A DNA stretch of 64,000 nt. It comes from Gammaproteobacteria bacterium (lineage in GTDB: Bacteria > Pseudomonadota > Gammaproteobacteria > Natronospirales > REEB76). A program made the translations under genes and the position numbers. The stretch is from positions 73 to 64,072 of the forward strand of contig DASSIS010000064.1 of assembly GCA_035691665.1 (NCBI GenBank). Reading direction: 5' to 3'. The notes below the pieces were generated by a model. The model ran no database searches. It saw only the letters and a list, made by a program, of their open reading frames with translations, and was not told where the DNA came from. Of the stretch, positions 18,803 to 26,917 are shown in pieces (position 1 is the first letter of the stretch; every line of letters starts with the position of its first letter).

Positions 18803-19551
18803 TCCGGGTATTGATCGCAGAAGACGAACCCCACGCCCGTGACAAGCTCCGGGAGCTGGTGCTCGCCCAGCCGGACCTCAAGGTCGTCGCCGAGTGTGCC
18901 GACGGCCTGCAGGCGTTGCAGGCGGTCGCCGCCAAGCAGCCGGAGCTCCTGTTCCTGGACATCGAGCTACCGGGCCTGAACGGCATCGACCTGGTGAAGT
19001 CCATGGACCGCAGTCGGGCCCCCTACATCGTCATCACCACCGCCTATTCGGAGCACGCCGTGTGGGCCTTCGATGAGAACGTGGTGGACTACCTGTTGAA
19101 ACCCTACGACCAATCGCGGTTCCAGCGCGCCTTGCAGCGGGTGCGCCTCGCCATGCGCGACTCCGGCATCGCCGTCACCCCGGGCTCGCCGCCGGTCGGC
19201 AATTCGGTCTCCTGGCACGCGGCGGACACCCTCAGGCTCAAGGTGGGCACCCGCATCAAGTTCATCGCCACCGCCAAGGTGCGCTATATCAAGGCCCAGG
19301 GCGACCACATCCTGGTCAACACCGTGGAGCAGGAGTTCCTGGTGCGGGAGCGCATCAAGAACATCGAGACGGCCCTGAGCTGCGACCAGTTCATCCGGGT
19401 GCACCGCTCGGCCCTGCTCAACGTCCGCTACATCAAGGAGATGCAGCCGCGGCAGCACGGGGATTACGAGATCACCATGCAGGATGGGGCGGTGTTCCGC
19501 ACCAGCGCCAGCTACCGGACCTCGGTGCGCGGCATGATGAAGCGCACCTGA
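18799..19551 (+). CDS. LytTR-family response regulator
   Basis: MIRVLIAEDEPHARDKL...FLDIELPGLNG...DYLLKP, then FIRVHRSALLNVRYI. The ATG overlaps the kinase stop as ATGA. The ORF-track N-terminal extension from 18706 is rejected. Confidence 0.92.
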   Translation: MIRVLIAEDEPHARDKLRELVLAQPDLKVVAECADGLQALQAVAAKQPELLFLDIELPGLNGIDLVKSMDRSRAPYIVITTAYSEHAVWAFDENVVDYLLKPYDQSRFQRALQRVRLAMRDSGIAVTPGSPPVGNSVSWHAADTLRLKVGTRIKFIATAKVRYIKAQGDHILVNTVEQEFLVRERIKNIETALSCDQFIRVHRSALLNVRYIKEMQPRQHGDYEITMQDGAVFRTSASYRTSVRGMMKRT

Positions 19552-19609
19552 GGGCAGCTTCTCTTATAATCGGTCCCGATGCGGCCGCCGCGGCCCGTCA
19601 GGAGCCGCC

Positions 19610-20311
19610 ATGATCGACCTCTACTACGCCCCCACCCCCAACGGACTCAAGATCAAGCTGTTCCTGGAAGAGGCGGGGTTGCCCTACACCATCCATCCGG
19701 TGAACATCAGCAAGGGCGACCAGTTCAAGCCTGAGTTCCTGGCCATCTCCCCCAACAACAAGATTCCCGCCATCGTGGACCAGGCGCCGGCGGACGGCGG
19801 CGCGCCTATCCCCATCTTCGAGTCCGGCGCGATCCTGGTCTACCTCGCCGAGAAGATCGGGCGTTTCATCCCCAAGGACCTGCGTGGCCGGACCGAGGTG
19901 CTGAAGTGGCTGTTCTGGCAGGTAGGAGGATTGGGGCCCATGGCGGGGCAGGCGGGCCATTTCCGCGTGTATGCTCCCGAGCCCATCCCCTACGGCATCG
20001 ATCGCTACACCAAGGAAGTGAACCGGCTCTACGGCGTGCTCGACAGGCAGCTCACCGGGCGCGACTACGTGGTGGGGGAATACGGCATCGCCGACATAGC
20101 CATCTATCCCTGGATCGTGCCCTATGAGCCCCATGGCCAGAAGCTAGAAGACTTCCCGCATTTGAAGCGTTGGTTCGAGAAGGTGAAGGCACGGCCAGCC
20201 GTGGTGAAGAGCTACGAGGGTGTGGAGCCGCCTTACGTCCGTTCCCGCGGGATCAGCGAGGAGGAGCGCAAGGTGCTCTTCGGCCAGACCGCCGATTCCG
20301 TCAAGCGCTGA
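19610..20311 (+). CDS. yfcG: Nu-class glutathione S-transferase (YfcG-like disulfide reductase)
   Basis: MIDLYYAPTPNGLKIKLFLEEAGL...FLAISPNNKIPAIVD...FESGAILVYLAEK...WLFWQVGGLGPM closely parallels E. coli YfcG as I recall it. Confidence 0.88.
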   Translation: MIDLYYAPTPNGLKIKLFLEEAGLPYTIHPVNISKGDQFKPEFLAISPNNKIPAIVDQAPADGGAPIPIFESGAILVYLAEKIGRFIPKDLRGRTEVLKWLFWQVGGLGPMAGQAGHFRVYAPEPIPYGIDRYTKEVNRLYGVLDRQLTGRDYVVGEYGIADIAIYPWIVPYEPHGQKLEDFPHLKRWFEKVKARPAVVKSYEGVEPPYVRSRGISEEERKVLFGQTADSVKR

Positions 20312-20314
20312 GTT

Positions 20315-21208
20315 TCAGTACCGGTTTTTCCTGGGGCGCGCCGCCGCACTGATCCATGCTTTGAAAGCCACAACCTTCGGCGGCAGAGGATCCTGTTGCG
20401 GATGCACCAGGTAGTAGGCGTAGCGCGCCTTGAGACTGGGGTGGCATTGCACCAGTTCGCCGGACTTCAGTTCCGCCTGCACCAGCACGCCGAGCGCCAG
20501 CGCCACGCCTTGACCCTCGGCCGCCGCCTTGAGCAGCAGGTTTGATTCGCTGAAACCAGGTCCCGGCGGTATCGCAGGTTGCTCCAGGCCCACGGCTCGG
20601 AACCATTCCTCCCAGGGTTCGAACACGTGGTGCAGCAGGGTGCAACCCAGGAGCTCCTGCGGCGTGCGCGGCAATCTTCCGCCGCGATAACGTGGACTGC
20701 ACACCGGGAAGATTTCTTCGTCCAGAAGCTTCTCCGCCGAGAGCCCCTGCCAGCTGCCCGGGCCGAAGCGCACAGCGAGATCCACATCCTCACGCTGGAA
20801 GTCCGTGAGCCCGGTGGTGGCCCGCAGATTCACGTCCAACTCGGGATGGCGCAGGTATAACTCGGGCAACCTCGGCACCAACCAGCGGGCCGCGAAACCA
20901 GGCAGCGCGCTCACCGTGAGCGTGGTGCGGCGCGCCTCGGGCTTGAGCTCGGCCACGCCCCGTTGTAAGCGCGCGAAGCCCTCGCGTACATGGACATAGA
21001 AGCGCTGCCCATCGGCGGTGAGCAGCATGGCGCGGCCGCTGCGACGGAACAGCTCCACGCCGAGGTGCTCCTCCAGCGCCTTGATCTGGTGGCTCACGGC
21101 GCTGTGGGTGATGGCGAGTTCCTCTGCCGCGCGGCTGAAGTTGAGATGCCGGGCGGCGGTCTCGAAGGCGCGCAGGGCGGAGAGCGGCGGCAGGCGGGTA
21201 GGCATCAT
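20315..21208 (-). CDS. LysR-family transcriptional regulator (GcvA-like)
   Basis: N-terminal HTH is LPPLSALRAFETAARHLNFSRAAEELAITHSAVSHQIKALEEHLGVELF. Divergent from a hydrolase operon. Confidence 0.92.
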   Translation of the reverse strand: MMPTRLPPLSALRAFETAARHLNFSRAAEELAITHSAVSHQIKALEEHLGVELFRRSGRAMLLTADGQRFYVHVREGFARLQRGVAELKPEARRTTLTVSALPGFAARWLVPRLPELYLRHPELDVNLRATTGLTDFQREDVDLAVRFGPGSWQGLSAEKLLDEEIFPVCSPRYRGGRLPRTPQELLGCTLLHHVFEPWEEWFRAVGLEQPAIPPGPGFSESNLLLKAAAEGQGVALALGVLVQAELKSGELVQCHPSLKARYAYYLVHPQQDPLPPKVVAFKAWISAAARPRKNRY

Positions 21209-21309
21209 TTGATGTTAGTTTTATTCACAATACATGTCAAAAGATATCGTTGGTAAGCTTATTTAATCCTGCATATCCTTAGAATATCTGTTCGCTGGGA
21301 TAACAGTTC

Positions 21310-22101
21310 ATGCAGGTCTCCGAGCTCGCCACCGACATCCTGCTGTTTCGCGGCGATGCCTATGAATCCCTGGCCACGGCCTTCGTCCACGGTCGCGACG
21401 TGTTCCTGGTGGATGCCCTGGGCGGTGCGGCGGACGCGGAGGCCATGCGCGCGCATCTCGAGGGCCGGCTGGGTTTGAGGGTGCTCATAATCCTCATGAC
21501 CCATTACATGAGCGACCACATGGCGGCCTTGCGCTTGTTCCCCCGAGCGCGCGTAGCCGCCCATAGGCTCTACGCCCAGACCTTCTTCTCCCAGCGAGAC
21601 CTGAGCGCCGAAGACGAGCGTGCCTTCGTGCTGCCCTCCATCGAGCTCGGCGGTGAATCCGCCTTCGACTGGGGCCGTCATCGTTTGAAGGTATTCCCCA
21701 ACGAAGGCAAGACGCCTTGCACCCTGAACGTGGACGTGCCGGCGGCGGACCTGGTGCTCTGCAGCGACAACCTGGTGGGCAATACCGCTTACCTCTCGTC
21801 CTCGACGCCGGAACTCCTGGACGTGGGCCTCAGGCGCTTGCAGCAGCTCGGCCGCAGCCGGGTCGTGCCAGGGCATATGGATGCGATGCCGGGCGAGACC
21901 CTGGCCCACGCGCGTCACTACCTCGTGCGGCTGCGGGAAGAGGTGGCGGGGGCACGACGTAGCGGCCCTGCTGAGAACATCCGTGGCATCACCATCGAAC
22001 GCTGCCTCGCTGCGGGCGTCACACCTACGCCTTTCGAGCATGAGTGGCACGGGCGCAACCTGGAACTGATCGTAGAACGGGGCTTGTTCCCGTTGCATTG
22101 A
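21310..22101 (+). CDS. Probable metallo-beta-lactamase-fold hydrolase
   Basis: 263 aa. FLVDALGG...LMTHYMSDHMAAL is a degenerate HxHxDH region, and there is a later VVPGH. Family assignment is moderate. Confidence 0.7.
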   Translation: MQVSELATDILLFRGDAYESLATAFVHGRDVFLVDALGGAADAEAMRAHLEGRLGLRVLIILMTHYMSDHMAALRLFPRARVAAHRLYAQTFFSQRDLSAEDERAFVLPSIELGGESAFDWGRHRLKVFPNEGKTPCTLNVDVPAADLVLCSDNLVGNTAYLSSSTPELLDVGLRRLQQLGRSRVVPGHMDAMPGETLAHARHYLVRLREEVAGARRSGPAENIRGITIERCLAAGVTPTPFEHEWHGRNLELIVERGLFPLH

Positions 22102-22117
22102 ACCAAGGAGCAGAGAC

Positions 22118-23083
22118 ATGAAAGTACGCGCATCCATATCGGTCCTTACATTGTTCGCTGCTGCGTTGCTGACCCCGGCAGCTCGCGCCGAGGCCTTGCA
22201 CTACGGCTGGCAGAAGGTGGATGGCCTCAGCATCTTCTACCGCGAGGGCGGCGATCCCGGCGCACCCACCCTGGTGTTCCTCCACGGCTACCCGTCGTCA
22301 TCCATCCAGTACGAGAAGGTCATGGAGCGCATCGCCTCGCCCACACTGCACGTGATCGCCATGGACTATCCCGCCTTCGGCTACTCTGACGCGCCGGACC
22401 ACCGCCAGTACGCCTATACCTTCGACCACGTGGCCGAGACGGTGGCGCATTTCCTCGCGGCCCGGGGCATAAAGCGCTACGCCCTGTTCATGCAGGACTA
22501 CGGCGTGCCAGTGGGTTTCCGCCTGCTCATGGCGGACCCGCAAGCCATCAGCGCGGTGATGGTGCAGAACGGCGTCATCCACCTGGACGGTTTCCCCAAA
22601 GCCCAGGATCCCAACGGTGAACTGCGCCAGCATTGGGAACACCGCAATGCGGCCCTGGACCAGAAGCGCATCGCCTATGCCATGAGCCTCAAGTTCCCGC
22701 AGCCGGAGGGCTGGGACGAGGACGATAAGATGAGCCCCGACGCCATCCTGCTCATGGTGGAGTCGGCGCAGCGGCCCGGCGTGCCGGTGGCACGCACTGA
22801 CCTATGGTTTGATTACGGCAACAACGTGAAGCGCTACCCCGCCTGGCAGGCGGCGCTACGGGCCCTGCACCCGCCGGTGCTGGTGATCTGGGGTAGCCGC
22901 GATGACTTCTTCACCGTCCCGGGGGCGGTCGCCTACCTGCGCGATGCACCCCAGGCGGAAGTGCATATATTGGATACGGTGCACTTCGCCACCCTGGAAG
23001 CGCCGGACGAGGTGGCGCGACTGATCCTGGACTTCGTGGCGCGCCATCCCCTGGCGGCAGGGGAGCAGGGTCCCGCCGTTTGA
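22118..23083 (+). CDS. Secreted alpha/beta-fold hydrolase (Asp-nucleophile, epoxide-hydrolase/dehalogenase-like), paralogue 1 of 3
   Basis: Signal peptide, then IFYREGGDPGAPTLVFLHGYPSSS...DYPAFGYSDAP...FMQDYGVPVG. Confidence 0.88.
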   Translation: MKVRASISVLTLFAAALLTPAARAEALHYGWQKVDGLSIFYREGGDPGAPTLVFLHGYPSSSIQYEKVMERIASPTLHVIAMDYPAFGYSDAPDHRQYAYTFDHVAETVAHFLAARGIKRYALFMQDYGVPVGFRLLMADPQAISAVMVQNGVIHLDGFPKAQDPNGELRQHWEHRNAALDQKRIAYAMSLKFPQPEGWDEDDKMSPDAILLMVESAQRPGVPVARTDLWFDYGNNVKRYPAWQAALRALHPPVLVIWGSRDDFFTVPGAVAYLRDAPQAEVHILDTVHFATLEAPDEVARLILDFVARHPLAAGEQGPAV

Positions 23084-23199
23084 TGCGGAAGGAAGGGTGG
23101 CGGCGGTAGAATGTGGGCGTCCGAATGGACACCACCTCCCCTTCTTTCCCTGCACGCGTGTGGCGCTCCTCGTGCGCGCGGGTATGAGGTACACGCACC

Positions 23200-23832
23200 A
23201 TGCCCAGCTTCCCGGCCCTGATCGCCTTCACCCTCATCGTCCTGACCATGGCGCTCACCCCGGGCCCCAACATGATCTACCTCGTGTCCCGCTCCCTGAG
23301 CCAGGGCCCGAGGGCCGGACTCACCTCCCTCATCGGGGTGGGCATCGGTTTCGTGGTCTATATGCTGCTCGCCGCCTTCGGCATCACCGCCATCTTCGTG
23401 GCGGTGCCCTATGCCTACGACGCACTGCGCCTCGCCGGCGCCGCCTATCTCCTCTACCTGGCCTGGCAGGCGCTGAAGCCAGGTGGCCGCTCACCCTTCG
23501 AAGTGCGGCAACTGCCCCAGGACAGCCCGCGCCGGCTCATCGCCATGGGCCTCATGACCAACCTGCTGAACCCCAAGGTGGCCATGCTCTACCTCGCGCT
23601 CCTGCCCCAGTTCATCGACCCGGCCCGTGGCAGCGTGCTCATGCAGTCGCTGATGCTCGGCTGCATCCAGATCACCGTGGGCGTCACCATCAACGGGCTG
23701 GTCGCCGCCAGCGCCGGTGCCATCGCCGGGTTCCTGGCCAGGAGCCCCCTCTGGCTCCGGGTGCAGCGCTGGTTCATGGGCACGGTGCTCACGGGTCTGG
23801 CGGTGAACATGCTGCGGGAATCCCGGCGCTGA
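23200..23832 (+). CDS. LysE/RhtB-family amino-acid exporter
   Basis: 210 aa with 6 hydrophobic helices. N-terminal ...TPGPNMIYLVSRSL and NLLNPKVAMLYLALLPQF are typical of the family. Confidence 0.9.
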   Translation: MPSFPALIAFTLIVLTMALTPGPNMIYLVSRSLSQGPRAGLTSLIGVGIGFVVYMLLAAFGITAIFVAVPYAYDALRLAGAAYLLYLAWQALKPGGRSPFEVRQLPQDSPRRLIAMGLMTNLLNPKVAMLYLALLPQFIDPARGSVLMQSLMLGCIQITVGVTINGLVAASAGAIAGFLARSPLWLRVQRWFMGTVLTGLAVNMLRESRR

Positions 23833-23922
23833 AGCCGGCTTGAAGCCGGCGGTGGGTCCGGGGCATCATCCAGGGGGTCTTGAGGGGCCAAGAACACCAA
23901 AATAAACCAGGGAGATCCACCC

Positions 23923-24801
23923 ATGCAGGTCGTCGTACGCATGCTGCTGATGTCCACTCTCGCCCTCGCTACCGGTCCCGTGTTCAGCGCGGCGCCACCT
24001 GACCCGGATGCGCTGGTGGATAGGATGCCGGCGCCCCCCAAGAGCTATGCCGAAGCCGATAAGCGCTGCGGCAAGGTCAACGGGCAGGGCAAGACGAGCT
24101 ACGTGACCTTCCAGAACGACCCGGACATGCAGAAGCTCCTCGACGAGGTCAAGAAGGATGCGGATGGCATGGCCGATCAGCAGAAGCAGTTCATGCAGGC
24201 CAACATGACCAAGCTCCAGACCACCAGCATGGACCCGAACACGATCCAGAACCAGGCGCAGATGACCGCCGCCATGTTCGCCGCGAACCAGAAGAACCAG
24301 GCCACCCAGCCAGATCAGCTCGCCACGCAGCAACTCGACCCCATCCACCAGACCGCCTGGAACGACCTCAACGGCGTGGACAAGCAGGCGGTGGACAGCG
24401 GCAACAGCTGGCAGAGCAAGTACAGTGCCTGCGGCAAGCTGCCGAGCTTCATGGAGACGGGCTGCGAGAAGACCGTGCAGCACGAAGCCCAATCCGACGC
24501 CGACGATTACGCCAAGAAGCGCGTCCCCATCGTGGACAAGTATTTCACCGCCCTCGGACCCGCCTGGACCCAGTACGTGGCCGAAGTGCACAAGAGCCTG
24601 GCGAACGTGAAGCTCGTGGTGCCGAACAACGTGGATCCGGACGACCTGCATACCCAGATCTTCATCATGGTCAACCAGGGCCAGCGCTTGCAGATGGCCC
24701 AGACCGCCATCGAGAAGGCAAGCAACGCCGAGTGCCCCAACGATCTGCTGAGCGACATGCAGAAGGACTACGGCGGCGTCTGTGCCGGTGAAGGCTGCTG
24801 A
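23923..24801 (+). CDS. Secreted Gln/Asp-rich hypothetical protein with C-terminal Cys cluster
   Basis: 292 aa with signal peptide MLLMSTLALATGPVFSA. Low-complexity Q/N/D-rich helical body. Ends ...YGGVCAGEGC. No family recognised. Confidence 0.7.
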   Translation: MQVVVRMLLMSTLALATGPVFSAAPPDPDALVDRMPAPPKSYAEADKRCGKVNGQGKTSYVTFQNDPDMQKLLDEVKKDADGMADQQKQFMQANMTKLQTTSMDPNTIQNQAQMTAAMFAANQKNQATQPDQLATQQLDPIHQTAWNDLNGVDKQAVDSGNSWQSKYSACGKLPSFMETGCEKTVQHEAQSDADDYAKKRVPIVDKYFTALGPAWTQYVAEVHKSLANVKLVVPNNVDPDDLHTQIFIMVNQGQRLQMAQTAIEKASNAECPNDLLSDMQKDYGGVCAGEGC

Positions 24802-24814
24802 TAGCGGCGGCCGC

Positions 24815-25582
24815 ATGAGGTACGGGACAACACTAGTACTGTGCCTCGTCGCGCTATCCGTGAGTCCGGCGGCGCTGTCCGCGCCGGAGGAGATCCAGGT
24901 CTACCTCGACGACCTCGTGGGGACGGGTAACTTCGGCACCGACGTACACAACAACTATGTGATTTCGGGGAGCTCTATCCCGGATTACCCGGGTGCCGAG
25001 GCGCCGGAACACGTATACCGGCTCACGCCCGAGTTCTACTACGGCCTGTCCGACACCCTGGAGCTCGGGCTCTACGTGCTCACCACTCGCCAGCCCGGCC
25101 GGGACCCCACCTTCGATGGCTCCAAGCTCCGCTTGAAGTTCATCGCGCCCCATGACGTGCAGCAGGGCGCCTTCTGGGGCGCGAACCTGGAGATCGGCGA
25201 CACGAGCTTGAGGGTCTCGCCCCAGCCCTGGGGCACGGAGCTCAAGGGGATCTACGGTTATCGTTGGTCCCGCTGGCTGTTCGCCTTCAACACCAACCTG
25301 GACTGGACCGGCACCGCCCCCTTCGCGGGGCCGACGTCCCTGGATGTGGACAGCAAACTCGCCTACATGACCGACGGCGGATACCAGTTGGGGTTCGAGA
25401 GCTACAACGAGCTCGGCGAACTCTCCCACCTCGGACATCTCTCCCAGAATAGCGAGGTGCTCTATGCGGTGTTCGATACCGATTTAGGCAAGAGCATGGA
25501 CTTGAATGCCGGCATAGGCCGCGGGCTCACCACCTCGTCGGATCGATGGGTGCTGAAGTTCATCCTGGGTTTCCACTTCTAG
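24815..25582 (+). CDS. Small outer-membrane beta-barrel protein (transporter-like)
   Basis: Signal peptide MRYGTTLVLCLVALSVSPAALSA, alternating beta-strand pattern and C-terminal ...LKFILGFHF (terminal Phe). Starts 14 nt after the preceding gene. Confidence 0.7.
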   Translation: MRYGTTLVLCLVALSVSPAALSAPEEIQVYLDDLVGTGNFGTDVHNNYVISGSSIPDYPGAEAPEHVYRLTPEFYYGLSDTLELGLYVLTTRQPGRDPTFDGSKLRLKFIAPHDVQQGAFWGANLEIGDTSLRVSPQPWGTELKGIYGYRWSRWLFAFNTNLDWTGTAPFAGPTSLDVDSKLAYMTDGGYQLGFESYNELGELSHLGHLSQNSEVLYAVFDTDLGKSMDLNAGIGRGLTTSSDRWVLKFILGFHF

Positions 25583-25589
25583 GTGTCAT

Positions 25590-26114
25590 ATGCAGATACT
25601 GGAAACCGACCGGCTCGTCTTGAGCCGGCTGAGCCCGGAGGATGCGCCCTTCATACTCGAGCTCGTGAACGAGCCCGACTGGTTGCGCTTCATTGGTGAC
25701 CGGAACGTGCACGACCTGGACGGCGCCCGTGCCTATATAGAGAGGGTGAGAGCGGAGATGTACGCCCGGCATGGTTTCGGTCTCTACAAAGTCGCCTCGA
25801 GATCCGGCGCTGTCCCCTTGGGCATGTGCGGGCTCCTGAAGCGCGACAGCCTGCCGGACGCGGACATCGGTTTCGCCTTCCTGGCGCGGCACCGCGGTCG
25901 GGGTTATGCCCATGAGGCGGCCCGGGCCTGCCTCGACCAGGGTCGCCGTGCGTTCGGCCTGACGCGCATCCTCGCCATCACCAATCCCGAGAACCTGAGC
26001 TCCATCCGCCTGCTGGAGAAGCTTGGGTTCCGCTTCGTGGAACGGCTCCATCTCGAGGGCCATGGTGGCGACAGCAACCTCTACGAACAGCTGCCTTCTG
26101 ACCCTGGTCTTTGA
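25590..26114 (+). CDS. GNAT-family N-acetyltransferase (RimJ/RimL-like)
   Basis: 174 aa. ...IGFAFLARHRGRGYAHEAARACL...NLSSIRLLEKLGF is the acetyl-CoA-binding region. Confidence 0.88.
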   Translation: MQILETDRLVLSRLSPEDAPFILELVNEPDWLRFIGDRNVHDLDGARAYIERVRAEMYARHGFGLYKVASRSGAVPLGMCGLLKRDSLPDADIGFAFLARHRGRGYAHEAARACLDQGRRAFGLTRILAITNPENLSSIRLLEKLGFRFVERLHLEGHGGDSNLYEQLPSDPGL

Positions 26115-26163
26115 CTTGACTTCTGTAAGCCTATGATTCGGATGGGTTCATTTTTCCTTGAAT

Positions 26164-26179
26164 TTGACTAAACGGTCAA
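26164..26179. promoter_or_regulatory. Imperfect palindrome TTGACTAAACGGTCAA upstream of tetR; candidate TetR operator
   Basis: Near copy of the perfect palindrome at 26875..26890. Lies 33 nt upstream of the tetR ATG. Confidence 0.6.
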
Positions 26180-26211
26180 CTATACTTTTGCCCATCATCG
26201 AGGTGGAACCC

Positions 26212-26838
26212 ATGGGAAGAGTCAGCGACGCACGCGAGAGATTGCTGGAAGCGGCCAACACGTTGACCTGGAAGCTCGGGTACAACGCGGTGACCGTGGA
26301 CGCCATCTGCGAACACGCGGGCGTGAAGAAGGGCAGCTTCTACCATTATTTCGAATCCAAAGCGGCCTTGAGCAAGGCCGCCATCGAGGACTGGTGGCAG
26401 ACCAAGAGCCGTCCGGTCCTGGACAGGGCCTTCTCTGTCACGAATCCGCCGCTGGAACGTCTTAAGCTGTATTACGCGGCGTTGTATGAGCTTCAGGTAC
26501 AGCGCCAGAAAGCCGGCGAGCAGGTGTTGGGCTGTCTGGGGTTCAGCGTCGCCATGGGCCGCGACAGCGTGGATCCTGAGGTGTGGGAGACCACCCAGCA
26601 CGTGTTGCAGCGCAAGCGCCGTTATTTCGAGACCGCCATCCGCGATGCTGCGGACGCAGGGCTCGTCGATGTGCCGGATGTGGAGGCGTCGGTACAGGCG
26701 GTGTACTCACTGTTCGAGGGCGCCTGGGCGCGGGCTCGCATCCAGAACAGCCCGGAGCCGCTCGTGGGGCTCTATGAACAGACTTTGCGATTGCTGGGAG
26801 CAGCCCAGCCCACTGCACCGAGATCACAGGTCGCATAA
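26212..26838 (+). CDS. TetR/AcrR-family transcriptional repressor
   Basis: MGRVSDARERLLEAANTLTWKLGYNAVTVDAICEHAGVKKGSFYHYFESK is the classical TetR HTH. RBS is GAGGTGGA. Confidence 0.9.
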   Translation: MGRVSDARERLLEAANTLTWKLGYNAVTVDAICEHAGVKKGSFYHYFESKAALSKAAIEDWWQTKSRPVLDRAFSVTNPPLERLKLYYAALYELQVQRQKAGEQVLGCLGFSVAMGRDSVDPEVWETTQHVLQRKRRYFETAIRDAADAGLVDVPDVEASVQAVYSLFEGAWARARIQNSPEPLVGLYEQTLRLLGAAQPTAPRSQVA

Positions 26839-26874
26839 GAGAGAGAGTTAACAGCGGTTTTTTTTGACCATAAG

Positions 26875-26890
26875 TTGACCAAACGGTCAA
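26875..26890. promoter_or_regulatory. Perfect palindrome TTGACCAAACGGTCAA upstream of emrA; candidate TetR operator
   Basis: 6-bp arms TTGACC/GGTCAA with a 4-bp spacer. A further TTGACC half-site lies just upstream (26865..26870). It sits 28 nt before the emrA ATG. Confidence 0.65.
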
Positions 26891-26917
26891 CTAATTGAAA
26901 CATTGCAGGAGATGGCC

